The position numbers and the translations under genes were made by a program. This document shows positions 1-8,700 of a stretch of DNA of 24,000 nt, piece by piece. Every line of letters starts with the position of its first letter. Positions within the stretch are counted from its first letter, which is position 1. The notes beneath the pieces were generated by a model. It saw only the letters and a list, made by a program, of their open reading frames with translations. It did not search any database and had not been told where the DNA came from. The stretch is from Alcaligenaceae bacterium. GTDB taxonomy: Bacteria; Pseudomonadota; Gammaproteobacteria; Burkholderiales; Burkholderiaceae_B. The stretch covers positions 60,189 to 84,188 of the forward strand of contig JAAYRZ010000153.1 of assembly GCA_012518515.1 (NCBI GenBank), read 5' to 3'.

Positions 1-512
1 TAGGCAAAGTATTAGACGACCTCAAAGAGATGGGTTTCGAGTACATTATCTGTGATTCACCTGCTGGTATAGAAGCTGGAGCACTCACAGCAGCATATTA
101 CGCGGATGATGCCTTGGTAGTAACTAACCCAGAGGTTTCCTCTGTACGTGACTCAGATCGGATTCTTGGTATTCTTTCTTCAAAGTCCAAACGCGCTGTC
201 AGCTCAGAAGAGCCGATTAAGGAGCATTTGGTCATTACCCGTTATAACCCTAGACGCGTCGAAGAAGGCGATATGCTTTCTATTAAAGACATTGAGGATA
301 TTTTACGTATCAACTTAATTGGCGTAGTCCCCGAATCTGACGATGTAATCCAAGCATCAAACACCGGTTCACCAGTGATTCATCTTAAAGAAAGCAATGT
401 AGCACAAGCCTATGATGATATTGTTGACCGCTATTTAGGTGCAGAAAAACCGATGCGCTTCACCACTCATGAAAAAGCCGGCCTATTTAAGCGTATTTTC
501 GGAGGTAAATAA
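1..512 (+). CDS. minD: Septum site-determining ATPase MinD, C-terminal ~170 codons (the gene starts upstream of the window; the frame is open from nt 3)
   Basis: The translation (..KVLDDLKEMGFEYIICDSPAGIE..TNPEVSSVRDSDRILGIL..IKEHLVITRYNP..FKRIFGG) follows the MinD C-terminal half almost residue for residue. It ends in the amphipathic membrane-targeting tail, and minE follows 3 nt later. Confidence 0.95.
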   Translation, partial: GKVLDDLKEMGFEYIICDSPAGIEAGALTAAYYADDALVVTNPEVSSVRDSDRILGILSSKSKRAVSSEEPIKEHLVITRYNPRRVEEGDMLSIKDIEDILRINLIGVVPESDDVIQASNTGSPVIHLKESNVAQAYDDIVDRYLGAEKPMRFTTHEKAGLFKRIFGGK

Positions 513-515
513 TCA

Positions 516-800
516 ATGTCTTTACTTAAATTATTATTAGGTGAAAGAAAAAAGTCGAATACGGCAAAAATTGCCAAGGAGCGCATTAGCTTTGTATTAG
601 TACGTGACGCCAATGACGGTCCCGACTTTTTACCTCAACTGCAAAATGAACTAATTGAGGTTATCTCCAAGTACGTTAAAGTTAATCCTGAAGACATTAA
701 GGTTTCACTAGACAAGCAAGATAGCTTAGAGGTCTTGGAAGTAAAAATCGAAATGAGTCAAGATGAGATTAATGCAGCCAAAGACGCTCAAGCGACATAA
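516..800 (+). CDS. minE: Cell division topological specificity factor MinE
   Basis: 94 aa. The N-terminus ([27 protein letters not shown]) matches the MinE anti-MinCD/membrane-targeting motif (..KNTANIAKERL..). The gene sits directly downstream of minD. Confidence 0.93.
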   Translation: MSLLKLLLGERKKSNTAKIAKERISFVLVRDANDGPDFLPQLQNELIEVISKYVKVNPEDIKVSLDKQDSLEVLEVKIEMSQDEINAAKDAQAT

Positions 801-821
801 CTCACCTTAGATAAATGCAAA

Positions 822-850
822 ATAGCCGGAGAAAACTCTCCGGCTATTTT
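822..850. terminator. Rho-independent, bidirectional terminator between convergent minE and the first osmB-like gene
   Basis: Perfect 11-bp stem (822-832 atagccggaga / 837-847 tctccggctat) with a 4-nt loop. It is preceded by A residues and followed by TTTT. Confidence 0.8.
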
Positions 851-877
851 CATAAGTAGCTCAAAATGAACTACAAA

Positions 878-1087
878 CTACTTACCTAACTGATTACCGA
901 TAAGACCACCAACAGCAGCACCACCCACAGTACTCCAACCGTCGCCATCACTAATAAGAGCACCGGCCCCGCCACCAATCGCAGCACCTGCAACCGTACT
1001 TCTATCACGACTCGACATATTGCTACATGCCGCTAAACTGCCGATCAATGCTGCCAACACAAAATACTTACCAATTGTAGTTTTCAT
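878..1087 (-). CDS. osmB: Small glycine-zipper outer-membrane lipoprotein, OsmB-like (copy 1)
   Basis: 69 aa with a signal peptide and lipobox (LAAC|S). The motifs SRDRST and AIGGGAGAL...GGAAVGGLIGNQLGK closely parallel my memory of E. coli OsmB (..LSACSNWSKRDRNTAIGAGAGALGG..GGAAVGGVIGHQVGK). A GAGG-type SD lies upstream. Confidence 0.8.
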   Translation of the reverse strand: MKTTIGKYFVLAALIGSLAACSNMSSRDRSTVAGAAIGGGAGALISDGDGWSTVGGAAVGGLIGNQLGK

Positions 1088-1300
1088 AATACACCTCTCA
1101 TCATTTTAAAATCTCTACTAGCTCAGTAAAACCACCAGTAAACTTAACTTATGCAATGAGTTTATCAATCACTGCCTAATCAATAACTATAAGTTAACTG
1201 AAACAGAGGCAAAATACTATTTTAATAGTTATATAACTGTATCTAGTTGCAAATCTTTTTCAAGTCTAAGTAGTAGTAATATTATAAAAATCAGATAAAA

Positions 1301-1510
1301 CTACTTACCTACTACATTACCAATAAAACCACCTACAGCGGCTCCACCAACGGTACCCCAACCACTACCACCTGTCATAATAGCTCCGGCCCCGCCACCA
1401 ATCGCAGCACCTGCAATTGTGCTTCTGTCACGAGTGCTAAGATTACCACAAGCAGTTAAACTACCAATTAAGGCCGCTAATACAAAATATTTGCCAATCG
1501 TAGTCTTCAT
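1301..1510 (-). CDS. osmB: Small glycine-zipper outer-membrane lipoprotein, OsmB-like (copy 2, tandem paralogue)
   Basis: 69 aa, collinear with copy 1. The first 18 residues are identical (MKTTIGKYFVLAALIGSL), the lipobox is LTAC|G, and the Gly-zipper is the same. Confidence 0.8.
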   Translation of the reverse strand: MKTTIGKYFVLAALIGSLTACGNLSTRDRSTIAGAAIGGGAGAIMTGGSGWGTVGGAAVGGFIGNVVGK

Positions 1511-1728
1511 AACATACCTCTCATTATTTTAATAACTCAGTCAGCCCCTAAAGCTACTGAAATGTTTACAATCACTGCATAATTAGTCATTGTAAGTTAA
1601 CCGAATCAAGCGTTAAATGCTATTTAAATACTTATGCAAATGTATCTAATTGATAAACATTAGTACTCTAAGGCTTAGCATTAAGTATATAAACTAAACC
1701 TCAGAGCACAAGTCACATATAGCTATTT

Positions 1729-3402
1729 TTACTTTAAGGATTTAAAACGTATACGTCGTGGTTTTGCCGCTTCCTGACCTAAGCGTTTCTTTTTATCTTC
1801 TTCATACTCTTGATAATTACCTTCAAAGAAATAGACTTGCGAGTCTCCCTCAAAGGCTAAGATATGCGTTGCAATTCGGTCTAAGAACCAGCGATCATGG
1901 CTAATCACCATCACCGTCCCAGCGTACTCCAGTAAGGCATCTTCAAGAGCACGAAGAGTTTCCACATCAAGGTCATTTGAAGGCTCATCCAGTAATAAAA
2001 CATTCCCGCCACTAATGAGAGTTTTAGCTAAATGCAAACGGCCACGCTCACCACCAGATAACTCACCCGTTATTTTGCTTTGATCAGAACCTTTAAAGTT
2101 AAAACGGCCTAAATAAGCACGTGAGGACATCTCAAAACGGCCAACATTAAGGATATCCTGACCATCAGCAATCACCTCAAACACTGTTTTATCGTCCTCA
2201 AGACTATCACGAGATTGATCGACATAGGCTAATTGCACCGTTTGACCAATTTTGACCTCGCCACTATCGGGCTGCTCTTGACCTGCAATCATCCGGAATA
2301 ACGTCGACTTACCGGCACCGTTGGGCCCAATGATGCCTACAATTGCACCAGCCGGAACCCTGAAGCTTAAATCATCGATTAGAATACGCTCACCGAAGCC
2401 CTTGCTGACATTTGAAAACTCAATGACTTCCTGACCTAAACGCTCAGCCACAGGAATAAAAATCTCCTGAGTTTCATTACGACGCTGATACTCATGTGAC
2501 GAGAGCTCCTCAAAACGAGAGAGGCGCGCTTTTGATTTCGCCTGACGAGCTTTAGGATTTTGTCTTACCCACTCCAACTCTCTTTTAATAGTGCGTTGAC
2601 GTGCGCTTTCTGCCGCTTCCTCTTGCTTTAAGCGGTCCTCTTTTTGTTCAAGCCAAGAAGTATAATTACCCTTCCATGGAATGCCATGCCCACGGTCTAG
2701 CTCTAAAATCCATTCGGCCGCATTATCGAGAAAATAGCGATCGTGCGTCACTGCCACTACCGTACCCGGGAACTTCTGTAAAAAAATCTCTAACCACTCT
2801 ACACTCTCAGCATCGAGGTGGTTGGTAGGCTCATCTAACAGCAACATATCCGGTTTAGATAACAGCAAGCGGCAAAGCGCTACACGTCGCTTTTCGCCAC
2901 CAGACAAATGCTCAATCTTGGCATCCCAAGGGGGTAAACGTAAGGCATCAGCGGCAATCTCTAACTGATGATCAATATCATCACTACCGCCAGTAGCGGC
3001 AGCAGCAATTATAGCCTCTAACTCAGCTTGTTCAGCCGCTAAGGCATCAAAATCCGCATCAGGTTCAGCGTAATCAGCATAAACTTGATTCAGACGCTTA
3101 CGTGCCGCAAAGACCTCACCTAAGCCCTCTTCTACCGATTCGCGGACCGTATGCTCCGCATTCAACTGTGGCTCCTGAGGCAAATAACCAATACTAATAC
3201 CAGGCATTGGAATAGCTTCACCATCAATTTCCTTATCGACACCTGCCATAATTTTCAATAAGGTCGACTTTCCCGAACCATTAAGGCCTAGCACACCAAT
3301 CTTTGCACCAGGGAAAAATGATAAAGAGATGTCTCTTAAAATTTGACGTTTTGGTGGGACTGTTTTACCCACACGATTCATTGTGTAAACAAATTGCGCC
3401 AT
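1729..3402 (-). CDS. ettA: Energy-dependent translational throttle protein EttA (ABC-F family ATPase)
   Basis: 557 aa. The N-terminus [49 protein letters not shown] is near-identical to E. coli EttA/YjjK. There are two ABC cassettes (two Walker A, two LSGGE signatures) and no TM domain. Confidence 0.95.
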   Translation of the reverse strand: MAQFVYTMNRVGKTVPPKRQILRDISLSFFPGAKIGVLGLNGSGKSTLLKIMAGVDKEIDGEAIPMPGISIGYLPQEPQLNAEHTVRESVEEGLGEVFAARKRLNQVYADYAEPDADFDALAAEQAELEAIIAAAATGGSDDIDHQLEIAADALRLPPWDAKIEHLSGGEKRRVALCRLLLSKPDMLLLDEPTNHLDAESVEWLEIFLQKFPGTVVAVTHDRYFLDNAAEWILELDRGHGIPWKGNYTSWLEQKEDRLKQEEAAESARQRTIKRELEWVRQNPKARQAKSKARLSRFEELSSHEYQRRNETQEIFIPVAERLGQEVIEFSNVSKGFGERILIDDLSFRVPAGAIVGIIGPNGAGKSTLFRMIAGQEQPDSGEVKIGQTVQLAYVDQSRDSLEDDKTVFEVIADGQDILNVGRFEMSSRAYLGRFNFKGSDQSKITGELSGGERGRLHLAKTLISGGNVLLLDEPSNDLDVETLRALEDALLEYAGTVMVISHDRWFLDRIATHILAFEGDSQVYFFEGNYQEYEEDKKKRLGQEAAKPRRIRFKSLK

Positions 3403-3576
3403 AAATACTTTTTAATAAATTAGATTTAAAATACTAGTTAATTGTAATCAATACGAAGTAAATCTGTTGTAAAGACAACCATTTAATTACTTATTCTTGG
3501 CTAAATGACTTAGACTTAAGCCATATTACATATTAAGATTACTTGATACTACTAAAGGTCCAAAGCAGAAATTAAC

Positions 3577-4146
3577 ATGAAGAAAGTATTTACAGATGAC
3601 GAACTCGAGGTTTTAGCCAAAACTGCTGATGTCCTTAGCGCATGGACAGGCAAGTGCGTGCTTTGCGAGAAAAACATTACCGATGAAGGCGTTGAGGTTG
3701 CCATCTTTGCCCAAGTTCTAGATCAAGATGATATAGGCCAAACTGCTGACGCAGATGAAGCCGAAGAGGCACACGCAATCGAAGACAAGGAAGAAGGTCA
3801 ATTTTTGCTGTTAGGCGGTGCCGATTCAAGCATTCTCGGTAATGCTGGTGGTTTATCCGACATCAATACTCAAGTCTATGAGTGTCGCCTTTTATTCAGC
3901 ATTATGTTTAATGCCGAGGAAGGTCAATTTGCTGAACGTTTTATCTTGGTCAACGACGAGTTTGAATTAGTTACTAGCTCAGACGAACTAGAAGAGCTCG
4001 TTCCTTTCAGCCTCAGAGAGGTTGACGACCTTGATGACTGGGATGATGACGATTGGGACGACCATGACGATGATGACGAGCTCAGTGATGAGGAATGGCT
4101 TGAACGTCACCGACTACCGCCTGACGACAAAGATAGCACTCACTAG
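3577..4146 (+). CDS. Hypothetical hyper-acidic protein with a C-terminal Trp/Asp repeat tract
   Basis: 189-aa ORF starting at ATG in an AT-rich divergent promoter region. By my hand count it has about 57 D/E against about 12 K/R. I recognise no family. The coding call rests on ORF length, position and a lack of competing ORFs. Confidence 0.65.
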   Translation: MKKVFTDDELEVLAKTADVLSAWTGKCVLCEKNITDEGVEVAIFAQVLDQDDIGQTADADEAEEAHAIEDKEEGQFLLLGGADSSILGNAGGLSDINTQVYECRLLFSIMFNAEEGQFAERFILVNDEFELVTSSDELEELVPFSLREVDDLDDWDDDDWDDHDDDDELSDEEWLERHRLPPDDKDSTH

Positions 4147-4160
4147 AACTTATTAGCCAT

Positions 4161-4183
4161 GGCTAGCAAAGCTTTTGCTAGCC
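4161..4183. terminator. Possible hairpin between the convergent acidic ORF and the GT2 gene (overlaps the GT2 stop codon)
   Basis: ggctagcaaa (4161-4170) pairs with tttgctagcc (4174-4183). No convincing U-tract on either strand, so it is weak as an intrinsic terminator. Confidence 0.3.
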
Positions 4184-5110
4184 AGCTACAAACTTCACAC
4201 GGTCTCTGAGATACAAACTGAGACCTATAGGATAGGTCAAGACTACCAAAACCCAAGCAGCAGGACTTCGCAAACGAAGCGCTGTCGGCACCTTCCGATG
4301 CTGTCCCTTCAGATGTAAACGAAAACGTGTATAGCGAATTGCCGACTTAACAAACTCTAATGGACTCTTAAAGAACCAAGCGATACTTTTCTCAATCGTA
4401 TCATGGGCTAATAATAACAAACCCGTCGCATGCTGTGACGCATTAGTAGCTCCTTGGCGGCTTAGAGAGTCACTCGAATCATAATAGACCCTATACACGT
4501 CATTAACAAAACGAGTTAAATAGCCGGCACGAGCAATTTTGCGCCAGACAATGCTTTCAGGAACAAAGCCTTCATACTCTTCTGGAAAAGGAAAATGCCT
4601 TAAGATTTCTGTATTAAGACAGCCGAACTTCTCACCTTGGGGCCGATACTTAAAATACATATCAATTGAGGTCATATCAATCATGTCTCGGACATATTTA
4701 TCACCTACAACCGTACCATCAGGCCTTTGGCATAAGCCAGTCACTGCTATATAGCCTCCGCGCTGATTAGCCGGAATACTATTCCAAGTTGACCACATAG
4801 AAGATAAAGCATCTGGCAATAAGGTATCATCAGAATCAAGCGCTACGATCAACTCACCGTGAGCCATGGAGACTCCGTTATTAAAAGCAGTCTTTTTATG
4901 TTGATTAGGTTGCCATGCATAACGAATCGGAATAATACCCTCATTAGCCCACTCTGCGATTAACTCGGAGGTATTATCTGTCGAACCGTCATCAATAATC
5001 AACCACTCAAAATCCCCAAAACTCTGGGCTTTGAGCGATTCATACACTCTTGGCAAGGTATCAGCCCGATTAAATGTCGGAGTGAGTACAGTAAAACCGT
5101 ATTGACTCAT
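4178..5110 (-). CDS. Family 2 (GT-A fold) glycosyltransferase with a C-terminal hydrophobic segment
   Basis: The N-terminus FTVLTPTFNRADTLPRVYESLKAQSFGDFEWLIIDDGSTDNT is the classic GT2 nucleotide-sugar binding region. A DxD motif (LDSDD) is present, and there is a C-terminal helix AAWVLVVLTYPIGLSLYL. Confidence 0.85.
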   Translation of the reverse strand: MSQYGFTVLTPTFNRADTLPRVYESLKAQSFGDFEWLIIDDGSTDNTSELIAEWANEGIIPIRYAWQPNQHKKTAFNNGVSMAHGELIVALDSDDTLLPDALSSMWSTWNSIPANQRGGYIAVTGLCQRPDGTVVGDKYVRDMIDMTSIDMYFKYRPQGEKFGCLNTEILRHFPFPEEYEGFVPESIVWRKIARAGYLTRFVNDVYRVYYDSSDSLSRQGATNASQHATGLLLLAHDTIEKSIAWFFKSPLEFVKSAIRYTRFRLHLKGQHRKVPTALRLRSPAAWVLVVLTYPIGLSLYLRDRVKFVAG

Positions 5111-5233
5111 AATATGATGATCTTAAAAAGCAAATTTACTAGATATATTAATATATTAGCCTTTTATCTCATCGCAAAAAGGAACTATTGTTAACAAAAC
5201 ATTTCCATCAGCGAATTGACGGAGCCGATATAC

Positions 5234-5267
5234 AAAAGGCCATCGTATTTATATACGATGGCCTTTT
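5234..5267. terminator. Rho-independent terminator downstream of the small basic ORF, insulating it from the GT2 gene
   Basis: Perfect 15-nt arms aaaaggccatcgtat / atacgatggcctttt with loop ttat. The A4/T4 flanks allow it to work in either direction. Confidence 0.75.
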
Positions 5268-5302
5268 ATTATCACGCTGCTTAAAGATAAACTTAAAAAG
5301 TA

Positions 5303-5443
5303 CTACTTAAGCTTATTAGCCTGATTGACTTTTTCTAACATCTTCCAAACACCTTTTGGAGAAGTTGCGTATAAACGCTTCAACTCTTTGCTAATGCAAC
5401 GACGCTCTAAGGTATTGCGGCTCGTACGCTTAATTTCTGCCAT
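5303..5443 (-). CDS. Unlisted 46-codon ORF encoding a very basic small protein (MAEIKRTSRNTLERRCISKELKRLYATSPKGVWKMLEKVNQANKLK)
   Basis: Hand-translated. ATG is at 5443-5441, an AGGGG SD lies 6 nt upstream, the TAG stop is at 5305-5303, and a strong terminator lies 36 nt downstream. It is below the length cutoff of the supplied ORF track. I recognise no family. Confidence 0.5.
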   Translation of the reverse strand: MAEIKRTSRNTLERRCISKELKRLYATSPKGVWKMLEKVNQANKLK

Positions 5444-5739
5444 GTCTTGCCCCTAAACAATATTAAACAATAAAATAATTTTTATTAAAAAACCATAGGT
5501 AATCGGTAATTTTATCATAACTTAGCTAAATACACTATATTAAGCATTGTTTTTAATAACTTAATAAGAAAAAAGTCATTATTAGTCTAATAGCTGATTC
5601 ATAATGATTCCAAAGGCGCTACTCAGCTATTCATACTTGAAAAATAGCACTTAGCCCTCATTTATAGTGATTAAAAAGCCTCTTAAAATCCCCCTAAACC
5701 CTTGAGCAACCAAGTCTTTGGGTATTGAGTAAACGTCCT

Positions 5740-8700
5740 ATGTCATCACAAATTCGTATTTTCGGCGCACAGCAAAATAATCTTAAAAATCTAGATTTAG
5801 CAATCAATACAGAAGAAATTACTGTACTAACCGGTGTCTCAGGCTCTGGTAAAAGCTCACTGGCTTTTGATACCTTATATGCAGAAGGTCAGCGCAAATA
5901 CGTTGAAACTTTCTCACCTTATGCGCGTCAATTCCTAGACCGCATGGATAAACCACAGGTAGAGCGTATTGAAGGCATCCTTCCCGCGATTGCCATTGAT
6001 CAGACCAATCCCGTACGTACCTCCCGAAGCTCTGTCGGCACCATGACTGAGTTAAATGACCACATCAAATTACTTTTTGCTCATTCTGCCAATCTATATT
6101 GTCGCCAATGCGCATCCCCAGTACATCAGGACAATATTCAATCGATACAAGAACAACTAGCAACTCTAAGCCAAAAACAAAATGATCCTAGGTTAGTTCT
6201 GTGTTTTCCAATCCTCGTGCCGGCCAATTTTACGGATGAAGAGGTTAAAGCCTTTTTAGAACAACAAGGCTATACGCGTATTCATAAAGAGGAAGAAGTC
6301 AGTCGTCAAGTCATCGATAAAAAAAGCAAAAAGACCAAACTTGAACTGATGAAAAAATTGTACGTAGTACAAGACAGGTTTCGTTTTTCTAAGGCAGAAC
6401 CCGAACGGGTCGCTGAAGCGTTAGAACACGCCCTAAACCATGGCCAAGGATTTTGCAGAGTTTATGCAGCCCTTGAGAGCGGTGAGGAGATCGTCTGGCC
6501 TTTTAGTCAACAGCTTCACTGCGCTCCTTGTGATATATCCTATCAAAAGCCACATGCTAGTACTTTTTCTTTTAACTCACCGATAGGTGCCTGTGATCAT
6601 TGTCGGGGCTTCGGTCGTAGTATGGGCATAGATTATGGCCTAGTCATTCCCGATGAAAGCTTGAGTTTAGCCAATGGTGCCATACGGCCTTGGCAAACGC
6701 CTAGCTTCAAAATACAACAAGATGACTTGATGAAATACGCTAAAAAAACAGGGATTCGCACCGACACCCCTTGGCGTGAACTTAATGAAGCGGAAAGGCA
6801 ATGGGTTATCAACGGTGATCCCGAATGGACCGGTAAAAGAAACGCATGGGATCTGCAATGGTACGGCGCCCAACGATTTTTTGATTGGCTAGAAACAAAA
6901 TCCTACCGGATGCATGTACGCATTTTACTGTCTAAGTTTAGAAGCTATACACCCTGCCCTGTTTGTCAGGGTTCGCGCCTAAAAGCAGATGCCAATCTTT
7001 GGCGCTTAGGTGATGGACTACAACATGACTACGCAGAAGGCAACTACAAACGCTTTATGCCAGTAGCAGCACGTTGGTCCGAAACAACATTAGAACAGCT
7101 CCCAGGCCTCACTATCCATGATCTAATGCAATTACCCATTGGTCATTTAAGAGATTATTTTAACAGTCCCTACTTTGATGCTAATGCAGATAAAGCCAGT
7201 GAATTGGTATTGACTGAGATTAGACATCGCTTACGCTACCTTTGTGATGTCGGACTAGATTATTTATCACTAGACCGACAAAGTCGCACACTTTCTGGTG
7301 GTGAAGTCCAACGCATCAACCTCACCACAGCCCTTGGTACCTCTCTAGTCAACACCTTGTTTGTTCTTGATGAGCCCTCTATCGGTCTTCATCCACGTGA
7401 TATGGGACGTATTATCGAAGTCATGCAAAGATTGCGCGATGCGGGCAACACTTTAGTGGTCGTTGAACACGATCCACAAGTTATGGTGGCGGCGAATCGT
7501 ATTCTTGAAATAGGTCCCGGTCCAGGCGAACGGGGTGGTGATATTGTATTTGACGGCACCCCAGAAAAACTCCGTACCGCTAACACCCTGACTGGAAAGT
7601 ACCTGGGTAATGTTCTGCGTGTTGAAGCACCGCTCCCAATGAAGGTCAGTGATAAGACACCCAAATTATTACTGGAAGGTGTTAATGCGAACAATCTGAA
7701 AAATGTTGATGTTGCCTTTCCACTCAATCGCCTCGTCTGCGTTACTGGTGTGTCAGGCTCGGGGAAATCCACATTAATTCAGGATGTCTTGTACCCTGCT
7801 CTTTTAAAGCATTTCGGCGAACCAACAGAAGCCCCAGGAGAGTATCAACACTTACTTGGTGCTGAGCAATTAGCTTCTGTGGTGATGGTTGATCAAAGCC
7901 CCATCGGTAAAACAGCACGCTCAAATCCAGCTAGTTATGTTGGCGCTTTCAATGCCATCCGCAACCTATTTGCGCAAGCCCCCATGAGCCTTGAACGTGG
8001 TTATAAACCAGGTACCTTCAGCTTTAATACGGGTGATGGCCGGTGCCCTACCTGCAAAGGAACCGGTTTTGAACATATTGAAATGCAATTTCTCTCGGAC
8101 GTGTATTTACGCTGTCCAGACTGTCATGGTAAACGTTTTAGAGATGAGGTCTGTGAGGTACAAGTAGAACATTTAGGACAAGCCGCTTCAATTGATGAAG
8201 TCTTGGAAATGACAGTCCAACAAGCCTTAGACTTTTTTAAAGGATTAAGAGAGGTACAAACTGCTTTACAACCATTAATCGACGTCGGACTAGAATATGT
8301 CAAACTAGGCCAGCCAGTACCCACGCTATCAGGTGGGGAAGCCCAACGCCTGAAACTAGCCGGTCATTTGGCCGAAGCCTCACGCAGTCGTACTAAAGGC
8401 AAGCAATTAGCGCTCAAAGGCTCTTTATTTTTATTTGATGAACCCACTACCGGTCTGCATTTTGATGATGTGGCACGCTTAATGCATGCCTTTAGAAAGC
8501 TACTTGCGGCTGGTCATTCACTCATTATCATTGAGCACAACCTTGACTTAGTACGTGCCGCAGACTGGATTGTGGACTTGGGTCCGGGCGGCGGTGAGCA
8601 TGGTGGTCAAGTGATAGCTCAAGGTACTCCTGACGCTCTAAAAGGCATGGAGCATTCATTTACCGCTCAAGCGCTGGTTGCTTATGAAGAAGAGATTGTC

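Larger units (their letters stand above)
875..1655. repeat. Diverged tandem duplication (two units, 875-1252 and 1298-1655), each carrying an osmB-like CDS plus its upstream leader/promoter region
   Basis: The CDS offset is exactly 423 nt. The upstream conserved blocks (caatcactgc, taagttaac, ctatttwaatasttat, tgtatctarttg) recur at an offset of 403 nt, which implies a 20-nt indel in the leader. Confidence 0.75.

Noticed and set aside
2601-2828. Other track ORFs nested in or antisense to strong genes: 2601-2828, 4539-4754, 6667-6873, 7742-7924, 8124-8324, 9588-9989, 10752-10937, 11441-11626, 12759-13016, 16214-16402, 16723-16905, 17691-17891, 18227-18421, 19234-19437, 21700-21963, 21731-21988, 21921-22169 and 23143-23379.
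   Set aside because: Each is fully overlapped by a CDS with unmistakable family motifs. None has a recognisable motif or a convincing SD. I treat them as shadow ORFs.
5143-5156. Perfect 14-bp palindrome ATATATTAATATAT just upstream of the GT2 start codon, as a possible operator.
   Set aside because: It is pure AT low-complexity sequence in an AT-rich promoter region. It could easily be chance or simply a -10/UP-like element, and there is no supporting second copy.
5444-5739. Search for a LexA/SOS box (CTGT-N8-ACAG) upstream of the uvrA-like gene. Also considered the TACTGTA motifs at 22386 and 22464.
   Set aside because: Reading by eye, I found no CTGT-N8-ACAG in the 300-bp upstream region. 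The TACTGTA copies in the pha spacer lack the partner half-site at the correct spacing. A PWM scan would be needed to be certain.
5725-5739. TTG at 5725 as the start of the uvrA-like ORF, as in the ORF track.
   Set aside because: The ATG at 5740 gives MSSQIRIFGAQQNNLKNL, which aligns with the canonical UvrA N-terminus (M..I.V.GA..HNLKN). TTG is a rare start, and the GGG before it is too close to serve as an SD. It is not excluded, and the difference is only 5 codons.
7389-7772. Antisense ORFs inside the uvrA-like gene (7389-7772 and 10308-10523) that both begin MDFPEPDTPVT. This looks like a conserved repeated protein.
   Set aside because: The shared peptide is simply the reverse-complement reading of the repeated Walker A segment (GVSGSGKS). 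The ORFs lie wholly antisense to a very well supported CDS and have low-complexity, Ser/Arg-rich composition.
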